Numbered from the stretch's first letter, positions 26,018 through 34,466 are shown. The stretch is DNA of 38,764 nucleotides from Eubacteriales bacterium (GCA_045657645.1 JAZOTL010000003.1:1-38764), one strand, 5' to 3'. Notes: generated by a model from the sequence alone, not told the origin. Program-made: numbers and translations.

Positions 26018-27766
26018 TTAATTGTTAAAAGCGTATTTGCTCTTGTAAAAATCGTATTTGTTTTTGTATTCCTCGTTATCTTCACGCAGGGCACGAAGAT
26101 TTTCGTGGATATTCATATCATTCATTCTTATATCAAATATGCAGCCTGCAATATTAGAGCAATGGTCTGAAATACGCTCAAGGTTTGTAATAAGATCCGA
26201 CCAAACAAAACCAACGTCAATGGTGGATTCGCCTTGCTGTAATCTTATAATATGATTGGTTCTAAGCTTTTCTTTAAGTCTGTCAATAACCTGTTCAAGG
26301 GGCTCAACGGCGTTAACCGCATCCATATCATTTTCGTTAAATGCTTTAAATGCAAGAGTTGTTATTTCGTCTATAGCGTCGGTAAGCACTTTAAGCTCTG
26401 CCTGTGCGTCGGGTGTAAAGGTAAGATCCTTTGCTCTTAACTCTTCTACAGATTCAAGAATGTTTACACCGTGGTCGGATATACGTTCAAAGTCTCCGAT
26501 TATCTTAAGGAGCATTGTTGCTTCGGCACTTTCTTCATTAGTTATCTGATTAGTGCTTAGCTTGACAAGGTAGGAACCAAGAATATCCTCATAATGGTCT
26601 GTTTTGTTTTCACCGTTGCGTATCTGTTCTGCAAGCTCGGGGGTATATTCTTTGATAGCAGTGATAGAATCTCTTAAGGTATCAATAGCGTATACTGCCA
26701 TTTCAGAGGTTACCTGGCGGCAACGGTCAAGCGCAACAGCAGGGGTGGCAAGAAGTCTTTCGTCAAGCTCTACAGCAGTTTCCTTTTCCTTTGAATCAGG
26801 AATAAGCTTGTTAGCAAGCTTTTCAAGCAAACCTGCCATAGGAAGAAGTATTATTGTACATGCAATGTTGAATATTGAGTGGAGAATAGCAATTTCAAAG
26901 GATTCTATGCTTTCTGTAAGTATTGCAGGTGTAAATACATACCTTACAATCGAGAATACCGCAAGCCATACTACTGTGCCTATAACGTTAAATGAAAGGT
27001 GAACGAGCGAAGCACGCTTTGCGTTTTTAGTGGTACCTATGGAGGAGAGGAGCGCTGTGATACAAGTACCAATGTTCTGTCCCATAATTATCGGGATTGC
27101 CGCACCAAATGATACGCTGCCTGTAACGGTAAGCGCCTGAAGTATACCAACGGAAGCGGAGCTGGATTGGATTATTGCTGTAAGAATTGCACCTGCCAAA
27201 ACACCGAGTATGGGGTTAGTGAACATAAGGAAGAGGTCTGCAAACCAAGGTGCCTCCTTTAATCCTGCAACCGCGGAAGACATTGCATCCATACCAAACA
27301 TAAGTGTTGCAAAGCCAAGAAGAATCACGCCTGTATCCTTCTTTTTCTTGCTCGAGCTGAACATATAAAGAATAATACCGATAAGCGCAAGCACAGGGGT
27401 AAAGGAAGTGGGCTTAAATAACTTAACGATAACATTGCTGCTTTCTATACCGCTAAGAGAGAGTATCCAAGCTGTTACCGTGGTACCAACATTTGCACCC
27501 ATAATAACGTTTATTGCCTGTTTTAATGTCATAAGGCCTGAGTTAACAAAGCCTACTACCATAACTGTGGTAGCGGATGAACTTTGTATTATAGCAGTAA
27601 CTCCTAAGCCTGTTAAAAAGCCTGCTAATCTACCTGTTGTAAATTTGCCCAATATGGTTCTTAAACTGTTTCCGGCTCTGCGCTCCAAAGCTTCACCCAT
27701 AAGGTTCATACCAAAGAGGAAAAGGCAGAGTCCGCCGATAAGGGCAAGTGCATCAAAAATAGTCAT
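26018..27766 (-). CDS. Na+/phosphate cotransporter family protein with C-terminal PhoU-like domains
   Basis: Duplicated Na/Pi motifs (GANVGTTVTA, GQNIGTCITAL; IQSSSATT, IQSSSASV) plus two PhoU-type repeats (ERISDHGVN, ERISDHCSN). ATG 27766 (MTIFDAL) follows AAGGAG; the track ORF starts 19 codons earlier. Confidence 0.9.
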   Translation of the reverse strand: MTIFDALALIGGLCLFLFGMNLMGEALERRAGNSLRTILGKFTTGRLAGFLTGLGVTAIIQSSSATTVMVVGFVNSGLMTLKQAINVIMGANVGTTVTAWILSLSGIESSNVIVKLFKPTSFTPVLALIGIILYMFSSSKKKKDTGVILLGFATLMFGMDAMSSAVAGLKEAPWFADLFLMFTNPILGVLAGAILTAIIQSSSASVGILQALTVTGSVSFGAAIPIIMGQNIGTCITALLSSIGTTKNAKRASLVHLSFNVIGTVVWLAVFSIVRYVFTPAILTESIESFEIAILHSIFNIACTIILLPMAGLLEKLANKLIPDSKEKETAVELDERLLATPAVALDRCRQVTSEMAVYAIDTLRDSITAIKEYTPELAEQIRNGENKTDHYEDILGSYLVKLSTNQITNEESAEATMLLKIIGDFERISDHGVNILESVEELRAKDLTFTPDAQAELKVLTDAIDEITTLAFKAFNENDMDAVNAVEPLEQVIDRLKEKLRTNHIIRLQQGESTIDVGFVWSDLITNLERISDHCSNIAGCIFDIRMNDMNIHENLRALREDNEEYKNKYDFYKSKYAFNN

Positions 27767-27918
27767 AACTACTCCTTGTGTTTTGATATATTTAGTATTG
27801 TTTAACTGTTTTAAATTTATCATTGTAGTGTAAAATCTGCTTCAAATCTATGTTAATAAATTGTAAACAGCAAAATCGAGGGAAAGCCGATTGATTTGCG
27901 TTATTATTATATAAGAAA

Positions 27919-27948
27919 AAAAGCTTTTCACCTTGGCGAAAAGCTTTT
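27919..27948 (-). terminator. Rho-independent terminator after the alpha/beta hydrolase gene
   Basis: AAAAGCTTTTC / GAAAAGCTTTT stem with an 8-nt loop. A T-run follows on the minus strand, immediately after the stop codon. Confidence 0.8.
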
Positions 27949-28902
27949 TTATTTTATATTCCATTCTTCGGCGGTTTCCCTCATTGTTTGAAGGTATCCT
28001 TCTTTATCTACGGGGTAAGCAAGGCCGTGTCCTGCTCCTTGAACCGCCACAAAACGCTTTTGTGTAACAGGAGATTCATTAAAAAGTTTACTGCTCATTT
28101 CCATGGGAACAAATGCGTCTGTATCTCCGTGGAAAAAGAGTATAGGAAGGTTGCAATTTTTTATCGCCTCTATGGGGGAGGTTTCTTCTATATCAAATCC
28201 GCCGAAAAAGCGGGCGCCGAATCTAATGAAAGGATAAATAAAACGGGAGGGAAGCTTAAGGTCGCAAATGACCTTATTTATTATTTCCTTTGCAGAGGTA
28301 AAGGGGCAGTCGGCAAGCAGGGATACAACGTTTGCAGGCAGGGGATTTCCTGCTGCCATAATGACTGTGGAAGCTCCCATAGAAATTCCCGTAAGGATTA
28401 TCTTAACATCCTTGCCAAATCGGCTCACCGCATATTCCACCCATTTAAGGCAATCGCGGTGCTCCTTTATACCAAAGGTTATTATTCTACCCTCGCTTTC
28501 ACCGCTTCCGCGCTGATCAACTATAAGGGCGTTTCTGCCCAGAGCAAAGCATCTTTCAACTGCACCGCTTAAATCCCTTTCCGCAGTACCGCGGTAGCCG
28601 TGAAATAGTATCTCCATAGGCGCTCCCGCCTTGTATTCGTAGTATTTTCCGTGTAGAGTAAGGGAGTCAAAGGATGTGATGTATATATCATCGTGGGGTG
28701 TGCCCCGTGTAGATTTTATCCAATTAACAAGCTCCTCACGGAAGGGCTCGTATATTTCACCCTTTGGAATTTCGTAGTTATCGGCCGAAGTTTTCTTTTT
28801 GCGGGGAGAGTAAAATACAAGACAAAATAAGATGAAGGATATTAAAAGAATTAAAAGGAATATCGAGAGGGCTATTGCTATACAGCAAAGTAATAGACGC
28901 AT
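27949..28902 (-). CDS. Alpha/beta hydrolase (S9/BAAT-like serine hydrolase) with an N-terminal TM anchor
   Basis: 317 aa; HGYRG, nucleophile elbow GISMGAS, GDTDAFVP and GAGHG motifs. GGAGA RBS. Confidence 0.85.
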   Translation of the reverse strand: MRLLLCCIAIALSIFLLILLISFILFCLVFYSPRKKKTSADNYEIPKGEIYEPFREELVNWIKSTRGTPHDDIYITSFDSLTLHGKYYEYKAGAPMEILFHGYRGTAERDLSGAVERCFALGRNALIVDQRGSGESEGRIITFGIKEHRDCLKWVEYAVSRFGKDVKIILTGISMGASTVIMAAGNPLPANVVSLLADCPFTSAKEIINKVICDLKLPSRFIYPFIRFGARFFGGFDIEETSPIEAIKNCNLPILFFHGDTDAFVPMEMSSKLFNESPVTQKRFVAVQGAGHGLAYPVDKEGYLQTMRETAEEWNIK

Positions 28903-28929
28903 AAAAAATCTCCGATGGTGTGAGTGTTT

Positions 28930-29556
28930 TTAGTTTTTGATATATAGTTTAAAATCACAGCAGTTTCCGCCCATTCCCAAGCTATGAGTTCTTGCCCAAA
29001 CAAGCTTTGGGTGCATATTTGCATAGCATATATCATCGTTTATACAAAAGAATTTTGTAAGTTCGGGATGGTTATATTTGCTGCACATTGTTATGTATGG
29101 GCAGGAGGTTATATCTACGGCAAAGCCGTTTTCACAATCTTTTTCAATGTATTCAAAACCTGCCTCGTTGCCGAATTTCAAAACCAGGAGTTTTTTCATC
29201 ATCCACGGAACTTTTTTGTATAATCCCGGAATTTTCATAATGTAAGGTATAACAGAGGCCATTTTTCGTACTTTTATAAAGCACCATTTTTCAAATGTTT
29301 TTAAAGCTTCATTTTGGTTACCTGTTTTGTTAAGCAATGCTTCGTAAAAAGAAATGCAGGGTAATATTTGTTCAAAATGTTCCATTGTCGCCTTGCTGAC
29401 GTTTCTATTTTCCTCTATTAGCTGTGCCGTACGTTGTATAACATTGTCAAGTAAATGCCCAAGACCGTTTTTTCTGAATTGGTCGGCAAGAGCAGAGGGC
29501 ATAGGCTGTTTTTTTATGTATTTTTTTGTAAGCCGTATATATTTTTTGTTATCCAT
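28930..29556 (-). CDS. L-2-amino-thiazoline-4-carboxylic acid hydrolase (ATC hydrolase) family protein
   Basis: The C-terminal pattern CPY...C.....PELTKFFC..DD........L.W.RT..L..GG..CDF matches my memory of that family. The start was set at ATG 29556 (MDNKKY) after GGGAG. Confidence 0.6.
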   Translation of the reverse strand: MDNKKYIRLTKKYIKKQPMPSALADQFRKNGLGHLLDNVIQRTAQLIEENRNVSKATMEHFEQILPCISFYEALLNKTGNQNEALKTFEKWCFIKVRKMASVIPYIMKIPGLYKKVPWMMKKLLVLKFGNEAGFEYIEKDCENGFAVDITSCPYITMCSKYNHPELTKFFCINDDICYANMHPKLVWARTHSLGMGGNCCDFKLYIKN

Positions 29557-29625
29557 AGTTGACTCCCGGGGATAATTTGATGATATCAAAGCTATTTCCA
29601 ATTGTAATTTGAACGTGCGTGATTT

Positions 29626-29973
29626 TTACTTCACATTCTCCTTTGCGGTGTTGATGGAGGCAATTAAAATACGTCGGATTGTACCGCACTGATTGTAAAG
29701 TTCGACAGCGGTTTCTCTGTTCAGAATATCGGATTTTACGAATAATTCCAACCAATATTCTGTTTCATAGCACTCCTTTAATGCTATTTGTAGTTTAGCA
29801 ATAAAATCAGGCTTTCCGTGGGCATAGTTTGCCTCGTGGATATTAGCGCCGATGGAGGTTGCAGAACGCTCCAACTGATTGACAAGGGAATAATGACCCT
29901 TAATTGTTTCACAGAGCTTTATGACTTTTACCGCAAAATCAGTTGAAAGTTCCCGAAGTTTAGATTCTGCCAT
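29626..29973 (-). CDS. Four-helix-bundle protein (23S rRNA intervening-sequence protein / Avd-like family)
   Basis: FAVKVIKLCE...LVNQLERSATSIGANIHEA......DFI.KL.IALKEC.ET.YWLEL is the family signature. The start was set at ATG 29973 (MAESKL). Confidence 0.88.
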   Translation of the reverse strand: MAESKLRELSTDFAVKVIKLCETIKGHYSLVNQLERSATSIGANIHEANYAHGKPDFIAKLQIALKECYETEYWLELFVKSDILNRETAVELYNQCGTIRRILIASINTAKENVK

Positions 29974-30025
29974 ATAAATACCGCCTTTCTTATCACAATT
30001 ATAGCATATCAATTACAATATTTAA

Positions 30026-30199
30026 AGTGAAATATCCTTCGGATGTGAAATAATGCCCTGCGGTCATTGTGAAATATTCGGTGTGCCACCGAATGTGAAA
30101 TGAAATAAATCCACCCACGCCCGCAGGCATTTCACATGGCGAAGCCATATTTCACACGCGCAGCGTATTTCACAAATCCCGAAAGGGATTTATTTCGTT
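30026..30199. repeat. Nested inverted array: 4 x (T/A)GTGAAATA, centre, then 4 x TATTTCACA-type copies, separated by seven distinct mini-hairpins; candidate structured ncRNA or protein-binding array
   Basis: Exact GTGAAAT at 30027, 30045, 30069 and 30095. Exact ATTTCAC at 30129, 30149 and 30167, plus a degenerate TATTTCGTT at 30191. The six inter-motif spacers and a short hairpin in the centre are self-complementary, and each has a different sequence. Confidence 0.7.
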
Positions 30200-30202
30200 G
30201 AA

Positions 30203-30240
30203 AAGAAACACCCTTTGTCAGTAGACAAAGGGTGTTTCTT
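30203..30240. terminator. Rho-independent terminator directly 3' of tRNA-Arg (usable on both strands)
   Basis: Perfect 17-bp stem AAGAAACACCCTTTGTC / GACAAAGGGTGTTTCTT with a 4-nt loop. U-rich tails follow on both strands. Confidence 0.85.
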
Positions 30241-30243
30241 TTC

Positions 30244-30319
30244 TGGCGCGCCTGGCAGGATTCGAACCTGCGACCTACCGGTTCGTAGCCGGGCACTCTA
30301 TCCACTGAGCTACAAGCGC
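30244..30319 (-). tRNA. tRNA-Arg (anticodon ACG), CCA encoded
   Basis: The reverse complement is GCGCTTGTAGCTCAGTGGATAGAGTGCCCGGCTACGAACCGGTAGGTCGCAGGTTCGAATCCTGCCAGGCGCGCCA. It has a 7-bp acceptor stem, D arm GCTC/GAGT, anticodon loop CTACGAA and T arm GCAGG-TTCGAAT-CCTGC. Confidence 0.93.
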
Positions 30320-30356
30320 GTACTTTATATAATTGCCGTTTTTTCACAGCCCTAAT

Positions 30357-30385
30357 ATGATATCACATTTGTTTTATTATGTCAA
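30357..30385 (-). promoter_or_regulatory. Sigma-A promoter (extended -10) of tRNA-Arg
   Basis: On the minus strand: TTGACA (30385-30380), 17-nt spacer ending in TGa, TATCAT (30362-30357). It lies about 35 nt upstream of the tRNA 5' end. Confidence 0.65.
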
Positions 30386-30466
30386 GGGTTTTCGCAGAAA
30401 TATTTATTTATTTCCCAATTGTTATATTCTTTATCTTTTGGGTAATACTTTCTATGAGGTGATTAG

Positions 30467-31858
30467 ATGACTTCATACGAAAAATACTGCAGGGAGCTTA
30501 CCGATAAGCTGAGGGTAGGGCAGAGCTTTGACGTTGTTAAAAAGAAGATTACTTTAAATGACGGCCGCAGATGCGCACTATTTTATGTAAGCGGTTTTAT
30601 AGATAATTCCACTATGCAACGGGTGCTTGAATATTTTATAGAATATAAAGATACCGAAGAGCTATATGACAGGGTACCCTATGCGGAAATGGCTGACGTA
30701 AAGGATACAGACGATGCCGTATCAAAGATACTTGCAGGGGGCACTGCAGTGGTTATAGAGGGCTTTGAGCGTATGATAATGGTATTCTGCAGAAGATATC
30801 CTCAAAGAAGCATTGAAGAGCCCGATAACGAAAAGGTTTTAAAGGGTCCCCGTGACGGTTTTGGGGAAACTATGATAATGAATACAGTGCTTCTGCGCCG
30901 CCGTATACGGGACCCACAGCTTACCTTTAAGCTTGTAAGCTGCGGAGAACGAACCGCAACAGACGTCGCCGTATGCTATATAGATGATAAGGTAGATAAA
31001 AAATTTCTTTCTACCGTTCTTGATAAGCTAAAAGCTATTAACGTTGAAGCCCTGTCCTTTGGCGAACAGAGTGTTGCCGAACAGCTTGTAAAGCGGAGAT
31101 GGTGGAATCCCTTTCCTAAGGTCAGGTTTACCGAGCGTCCCGATTCTGCCGCGGCAATGCTGCTTGAGGGCAGTGTTATTATCATAAGCGATAATACGCC
31201 CGAGGTGCTGATACTGCCAACCTCGATATTTGACTTTTTACAGGAAGCGGATGATTTTTACCTGCCGCCTGTAACTGCAAGCTATTTTAGATTTATAAGA
31301 ATGATTATCGTTGCTATGACTCTTTTTCTACTACCCCTTTGGTATCTGCTTATAAGTAATCCTCATCTGATACCTCCTTGGCTTGATTTTATTATCCTTA
31401 AAGAGCCGGGAAGAATACCCGTATTGGTACAGATATTTATTATAGAATTTATCATAGACGGCTTGAAAATCGCATCCCTTAACACTCCTCAGTCGTTAGG
31501 AAACTCCTTTTCTGTTATAGCCGGTTTGATATTAGGTGAGATGGCAGTAAGCATCGGGTGGTTCGTGCCCGAGGTTATTTTGTATCTTGCCGTTATAACT
31601 ATTGCTAACTTTACACAGTCAAGCTACGAGCTTGCCTACTCTCTTAAATTTATGAGATTGATAATGCTTGTGCTTAGTGCTGTTTTTGGTATATGGGGCT
31701 TTGGGGCAGGTGTGCTTCTCGTCTTTTTGCTAATCGTATCAAACAAGACTGTGGATGGCAGCCGTGGCTATCTATATCCCCTTATACCCTGGAACGGCAG
31801 GGCAATGCTGCGTTTCATGTGCCGTGTAAGGTTAAAAAATAAAGCCTCCTCGAAATAA
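30467..31858 (+). CDS. Spore germination protein, GerA / SpoVAF family
   Basis: 463 aa. The soluble N-terminal domain (SFDVV.K.I......C.LFYVSG..D, ERPDSAAAMLLEG) plus a C-terminal 4-5 TM domain is typical of GerAA/SpoVAF. No GerB or GerC partners are adjacent. Confidence 0.85.
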   Translation: MTSYEKYCRELTDKLRVGQSFDVVKKKITLNDGRRCALFYVSGFIDNSTMQRVLEYFIEYKDTEELYDRVPYAEMADVKDTDDAVSKILAGGTAVVIEGFERMIMVFCRRYPQRSIEEPDNEKVLKGPRDGFGETMIMNTVLLRRRIRDPQLTFKLVSCGERTATDVAVCYIDDKVDKKFLSTVLDKLKAINVEALSFGEQSVAEQLVKRRWWNPFPKVRFTERPDSAAAMLLEGSVIIISDNTPEVLILPTSIFDFLQEADDFYLPPVTASYFRFIRMIIVAMTLFLLPLWYLLISNPHLIPPWLDFIILKEPGRIPVLVQIFIIEFIIDGLKIASLNTPQSLGNSFSVIAGLILGEMAVSIGWFVPEVILYLAVITIANFTQSSYELAYSLKFMRLIMLVLSAVFGIWGFGAGVLLVFLLIVSNKTVDGSRGYLYPLIPWNGRAMLRFMCRVRLKNKASSK

Positions 31859-31880
31859 TGAGGAGGCTTATATTTTATTT
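31842..31880. terminator. Bidirectional rho-independent terminator
   Basis: AAGCCTCCTC / GAGGAGGCTT 10-bp stem with the stop codon in the loop. T-runs on both strands, between convergent genes. Confidence 0.8.
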
Positions 31881-31883
31881 GAT

Positions 31884-32960
31884 TTATCTCTTAACTCTTG
31901 CGTTTCCGCCCCAGATGGACCATACCTGATCCTCATCCATAGGCTGTGCATAGTCGGTTAAGAATGTGGTTGCCATAGCGCCTGTAGCCCAACCGAACTG
32001 TATCCACTTTTCGGATTCCCAACCCTTTAAGATAGAGTAGAGAAGTCCGCCAACAAAACCGTCGCCACCGCCGATACGGTCAAGAACGGTGATGTCACGA
32101 GGTTCAACTACGTGCCACTCGTCACCTGCAAGGAGGATTGCACCCCAAAGGTGATGATTTACGCTGATAACCTGACGAAGGGTGGTAGCAAATACTTTTG
32201 CATTGGGGAATGCTTTTCTTACATTCTCGATCATACCCTTAAAGCCGTCGATCTTAGCTGCGATATCCTTACCGCCTGCCTCAGGACCCTGAATGCCAAG
32301 GCAAAGCTGGAAGTCCTCTTCGTTACCGATAAGGATATCGGAAACGGAAGCAATTTCGGAGAATATATCGTGGAGCTCCTGCTCTCTGCCTTCCCAGAAG
32401 GAAGCGCGGTGATTCAAGTCAAAGGAGATAAGTGTGCCGTACTTCTTTGCCGCACGAGCAAGCTCAAGACAGAACTGGCTTGTTTCGTGAGAAAGGGCGC
32501 CGATAAGACCGGAAAGGTGAAGAATGCCAACACCCTCTTCGCCGAAAATACGGTCAAGGTCGAAATCCTTAATATTAAGGGTACGTCCTACCTCGCCTGC
32601 ACGGTCGTTACATACGCGGGGACCGCGTGCACCGTAACCGCTATCTGCAATGTTGAACTGATGGCGGTAACCCCAGGGGCCGCCCTGTGCTACTTCCGGA
32701 CCTTCGTAATCCATACCTCTGCTTCTGAGGTCGCGCTTAATGAACTCTGCAACGGGGCTGTCCTTAACAAATGTGGTAAGCACCTTTGTAGGCATACCAA
32801 GGTATGCAGCTATAGAAGCTACGTTGGTTTCAGCAGAGGTTGCCTGCATCATAAACATATTGCTGGAGGCAACGGGCTGACCGTTGGGAGGGCATATACG
32901 AACACCCATACTTGTAGGAACTACAAGGCTGTATTTACAGTTTTTCTTTATTTCTAACAT
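31884..32960 (-). CDS. PfkB-family sugar kinase, 2-dehydro-3-deoxygluconokinase (KdgK)-like
   Basis: 358 aa; DLNHRASFW, IGNEEDF and VLDRIGGGDGFVGGLLY (PfkB signature 2). Resembles Thermotoga-type KdgK from memory. Confidence 0.8.
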   Translation of the reverse strand: MLEIKKNCKYSLVVPTSMGVRICPPNGQPVASSNMFMMQATSAETNVASIAAYLGMPTKVLTTFVKDSPVAEFIKRDLRSRGMDYEGPEVAQGGPWGYRHQFNIADSGYGARGPRVCNDRAGEVGRTLNIKDFDLDRIFGEEGVGILHLSGLIGALSHETSQFCLELARAAKKYGTLISFDLNHRASFWEGREQELHDIFSEIASVSDILIGNEEDFQLCLGIQGPEAGGKDIAAKIDGFKGMIENVRKAFPNAKVFATTLRQVISVNHHLWGAILLAGDEWHVVEPRDITVLDRIGGGDGFVGGLLYSILKGWESEKWIQFGWATGAMATTFLTDYAQPMDEDQVWSIWGGNARVKR

Positions 32961-32998
32961 TTTAGTTCTCCTGAAAATGAATGGTGGATGATTATGGA

Positions 32999-34450
32999 TT
33001 ATGCGTTGTATATGGTTGCTGCAGTATCGCCGCCCATACCTGTCCAGTTAGTATGGAAGAATTCTCCGCGGGGACGGTCGGTTCTCTCGTAAGTGTGAGC
33101 GCCGAAGTAGTCTCTCTGTGCCTGAAGCAGGTTAGCGGGGAGTCTGTCGCAACGGTAACCGTCGTAATAAGTAAGTGCGGTAGCCATAGCAGGTGCGGGA
33201 ATACCGTTTGTAAGAGCAGCTGCGCATACTCTTCTCCAGCCTGCCTGTGCATCGTCTATGATGCCCTTGAAGTAGGGGTCAAGAAGAAGGTTGGTAAGCT
33301 CGGGATTGTTATCAAATGCTTCCTTTATCTTGCCAAGGAATACGCTTCTGATGATACAACCGCCACGCCACATAAGTGCGATGCCGCCGTAGTTAAGGTT
33401 CCAACCGTAGGTCTTAGCCGCAGTTCTCATAAGAGCGTAGCCCTGAGCGTAGGAGATGATCTTGGATGCGAAAAGTGCAGACTTGATATCCTTGATAAAT
33501 GCCTCCTTATCACCCTCAAACTTAGGTGTAGGGCCTGTAAGAATCTTGGATGCTGCAACTCTTTCTTCCTTTATAGCGGAAAGGCATCTGGAGTAAACTG
33601 CTTCACCGATAAGTGTAAGCGGAACACCTTCGTCAAGGGATGCGATTGCTGTCCACTTACCTGTACCCTTTTGACCTGCGGTGTCAAGGATCTTTTCAAC
33701 GATGGGTTCACCGTCTTCGTCCTTGTATGCAAGGATATCACGGGTAATTTCGATAAGGTAGCTGTCAAGCTCCTCTTCGTTCCACTTTGCAAACACCTCG
33801 TGCATCTCATCGCAGGACATACCAAGGTAGTTCTTCATTATCTGGTATGCTTCGCAGATAAGCTCCATATCGCCGTATTCGATACCGTTATGTACCATCT
33901 TAACAAAGTGGCCTGCGCCGCCTTCGCCAACCCAGTCACAGCAAGGAGAGCCATCCTCAACCTTTGCACAGATAGACTGGAATATAGGCTTAACGTAAGG
34001 CCAAGCAGCTACGGAACCGCCGGGCATCATGCTGGGGCCGTTAAGAGCACCCTCTTCACCGCCGGAAACACCTGTACCGATGTAGAGAAGTCCCTTGGAC
34101 TCAACATACTCGGTTCTGCGGATGGTATCGGGGAAGTGAGAGTTACCACCGTCAATAATGATATCGCCTTCTTCAAGAAGGGGAATAAGAGTTTCGATCA
34201 TAGCATCAACAGCGCCGCCAGCCTTGATCATCATCATAACCTTACGGGGCTTTTCAAGAGAAGCAACAAGCTCTTCAAGAGAGTAGGTGCCTACAATATT
34301 CTTACCTGCAGCTCTGCCCTCAACAAAGTTCTTTACCTTTTCGGTAGTTCTGTTGTAAACGGATACGGTAAAGCCTTTGCTTTCCATATTCATAACAAGA
34401 TTTTCGCCCATTACGGCGAGGCCAATAAGACCGATATCGGATTTTTTCAT
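32999..34450 (-). CDS. gnd: 6-phosphogluconate dehydrogenase, decarboxylating
   Basis: 483 aa; IGLIGLAVMGENLVMNMESKGF.V.VYNRT, GTGVSGGEEGA, HNGIEYGDM.LI.E.Y, and a C-terminal AHTYER. Confidence 0.96.
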   Translation of the reverse strand: MKKSDIGLIGLAVMGENLVMNMESKGFTVSVYNRTTEKVKNFVEGRAAGKNIVGTYSLEELVASLEKPRKVMMMIKAGGAVDAMIETLIPLLEEGDIIIDGGNSHFPDTIRRTEYVESKGLLYIGTGVSGGEEGALNGPSMMPGGSVAAWPYVKPIFQSICAKVEDGSPCCDWVGEGGAGHFVKMVHNGIEYGDMELICEAYQIMKNYLGMSCDEMHEVFAKWNEEELDSYLIEITRDILAYKDEDGEPIVEKILDTAGQKGTGKWTAIASLDEGVPLTLIGEAVYSRCLSAIKEERVAASKILTGPTPKFEGDKEAFIKDIKSALFASKIISYAQGYALMRTAAKTYGWNLNYGGIALMWRGGCIIRSVFLGKIKEAFDNNPELTNLLLDPYFKGIIDDAQAGWRRVCAAALTNGIPAPAMATALTYYDGYRCDRLPANLLQAQRDYFGAHTYERTDRPRGEFFHTNWTGMGGDTAATIYNA

Positions 34451-34466
34451 AAATATATGTCCTTCC

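Noticed and set aside
29626-29973. The four-helix-bundle protein as evidence for a diversity-generating retroelement
   Set aside because: There is no reverse transcriptase gene and no template/variable repeat pair anywhere in the window. Family membership alone is insufficient.
30026-30199. The TGTGAAATA array as a CRISPR array, a CRP/FNR site cluster, or micro-ORFs (for example MPCGHCEIFGVPPNVK from ATG 30053, or MAKPYFTRAAYFTNPERDLFR from ATG 30136)
   Set aside because: The repeats are only 9 nt, occur in both orientations and have 9-17 nt palindromic spacers, so this is not CRISPR-like, and no cas genes are present. TGTGA...TCACA half-sites are 18-27 nt apart or more rather than the 6 nt needed for CRP/FNR. 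The micro-ORFs have no RBS, and their repetitive peptides merely reflect the DNA repeat.
24350-30244. A genomic island integrated at the 3' end of tRNA-Arg
   Set aside because: No integrase, recombinase or transposase gene is present, and I could not find a direct repeat of the tRNA 3' end by eye. The genes are ordinary metabolic and transport functions. This judgement was made by eye only; a compositional analysis or a synteny comparison would be needed to exclude an old, degraded island.
30132-30347. A 71-aa minus-strand ORF (MKKRQLYKVRACSSVDRVPGYEPVGRRFESCQ...)
   Set aside because: It is the same-strand translation of the tRNA-Arg gene plus its leader, terminator and part of the repeat array. 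The peptide ...VDRVPGYEPVGRRFESC... comes from translating the tRNA sequence itself. It is not a protein gene.
30420-30466. A possible forespore-type (sigma-F/G) promoter in front of the SpoVAF-like gene (GGTAATACT, a -10-like element)
   Set aside because: The -10-like match depends on a degenerate consensus recalled from memory, and the corresponding -35 (GTTATA) is poor. I cannot support it without a position-weight-matrix scan or expression data.
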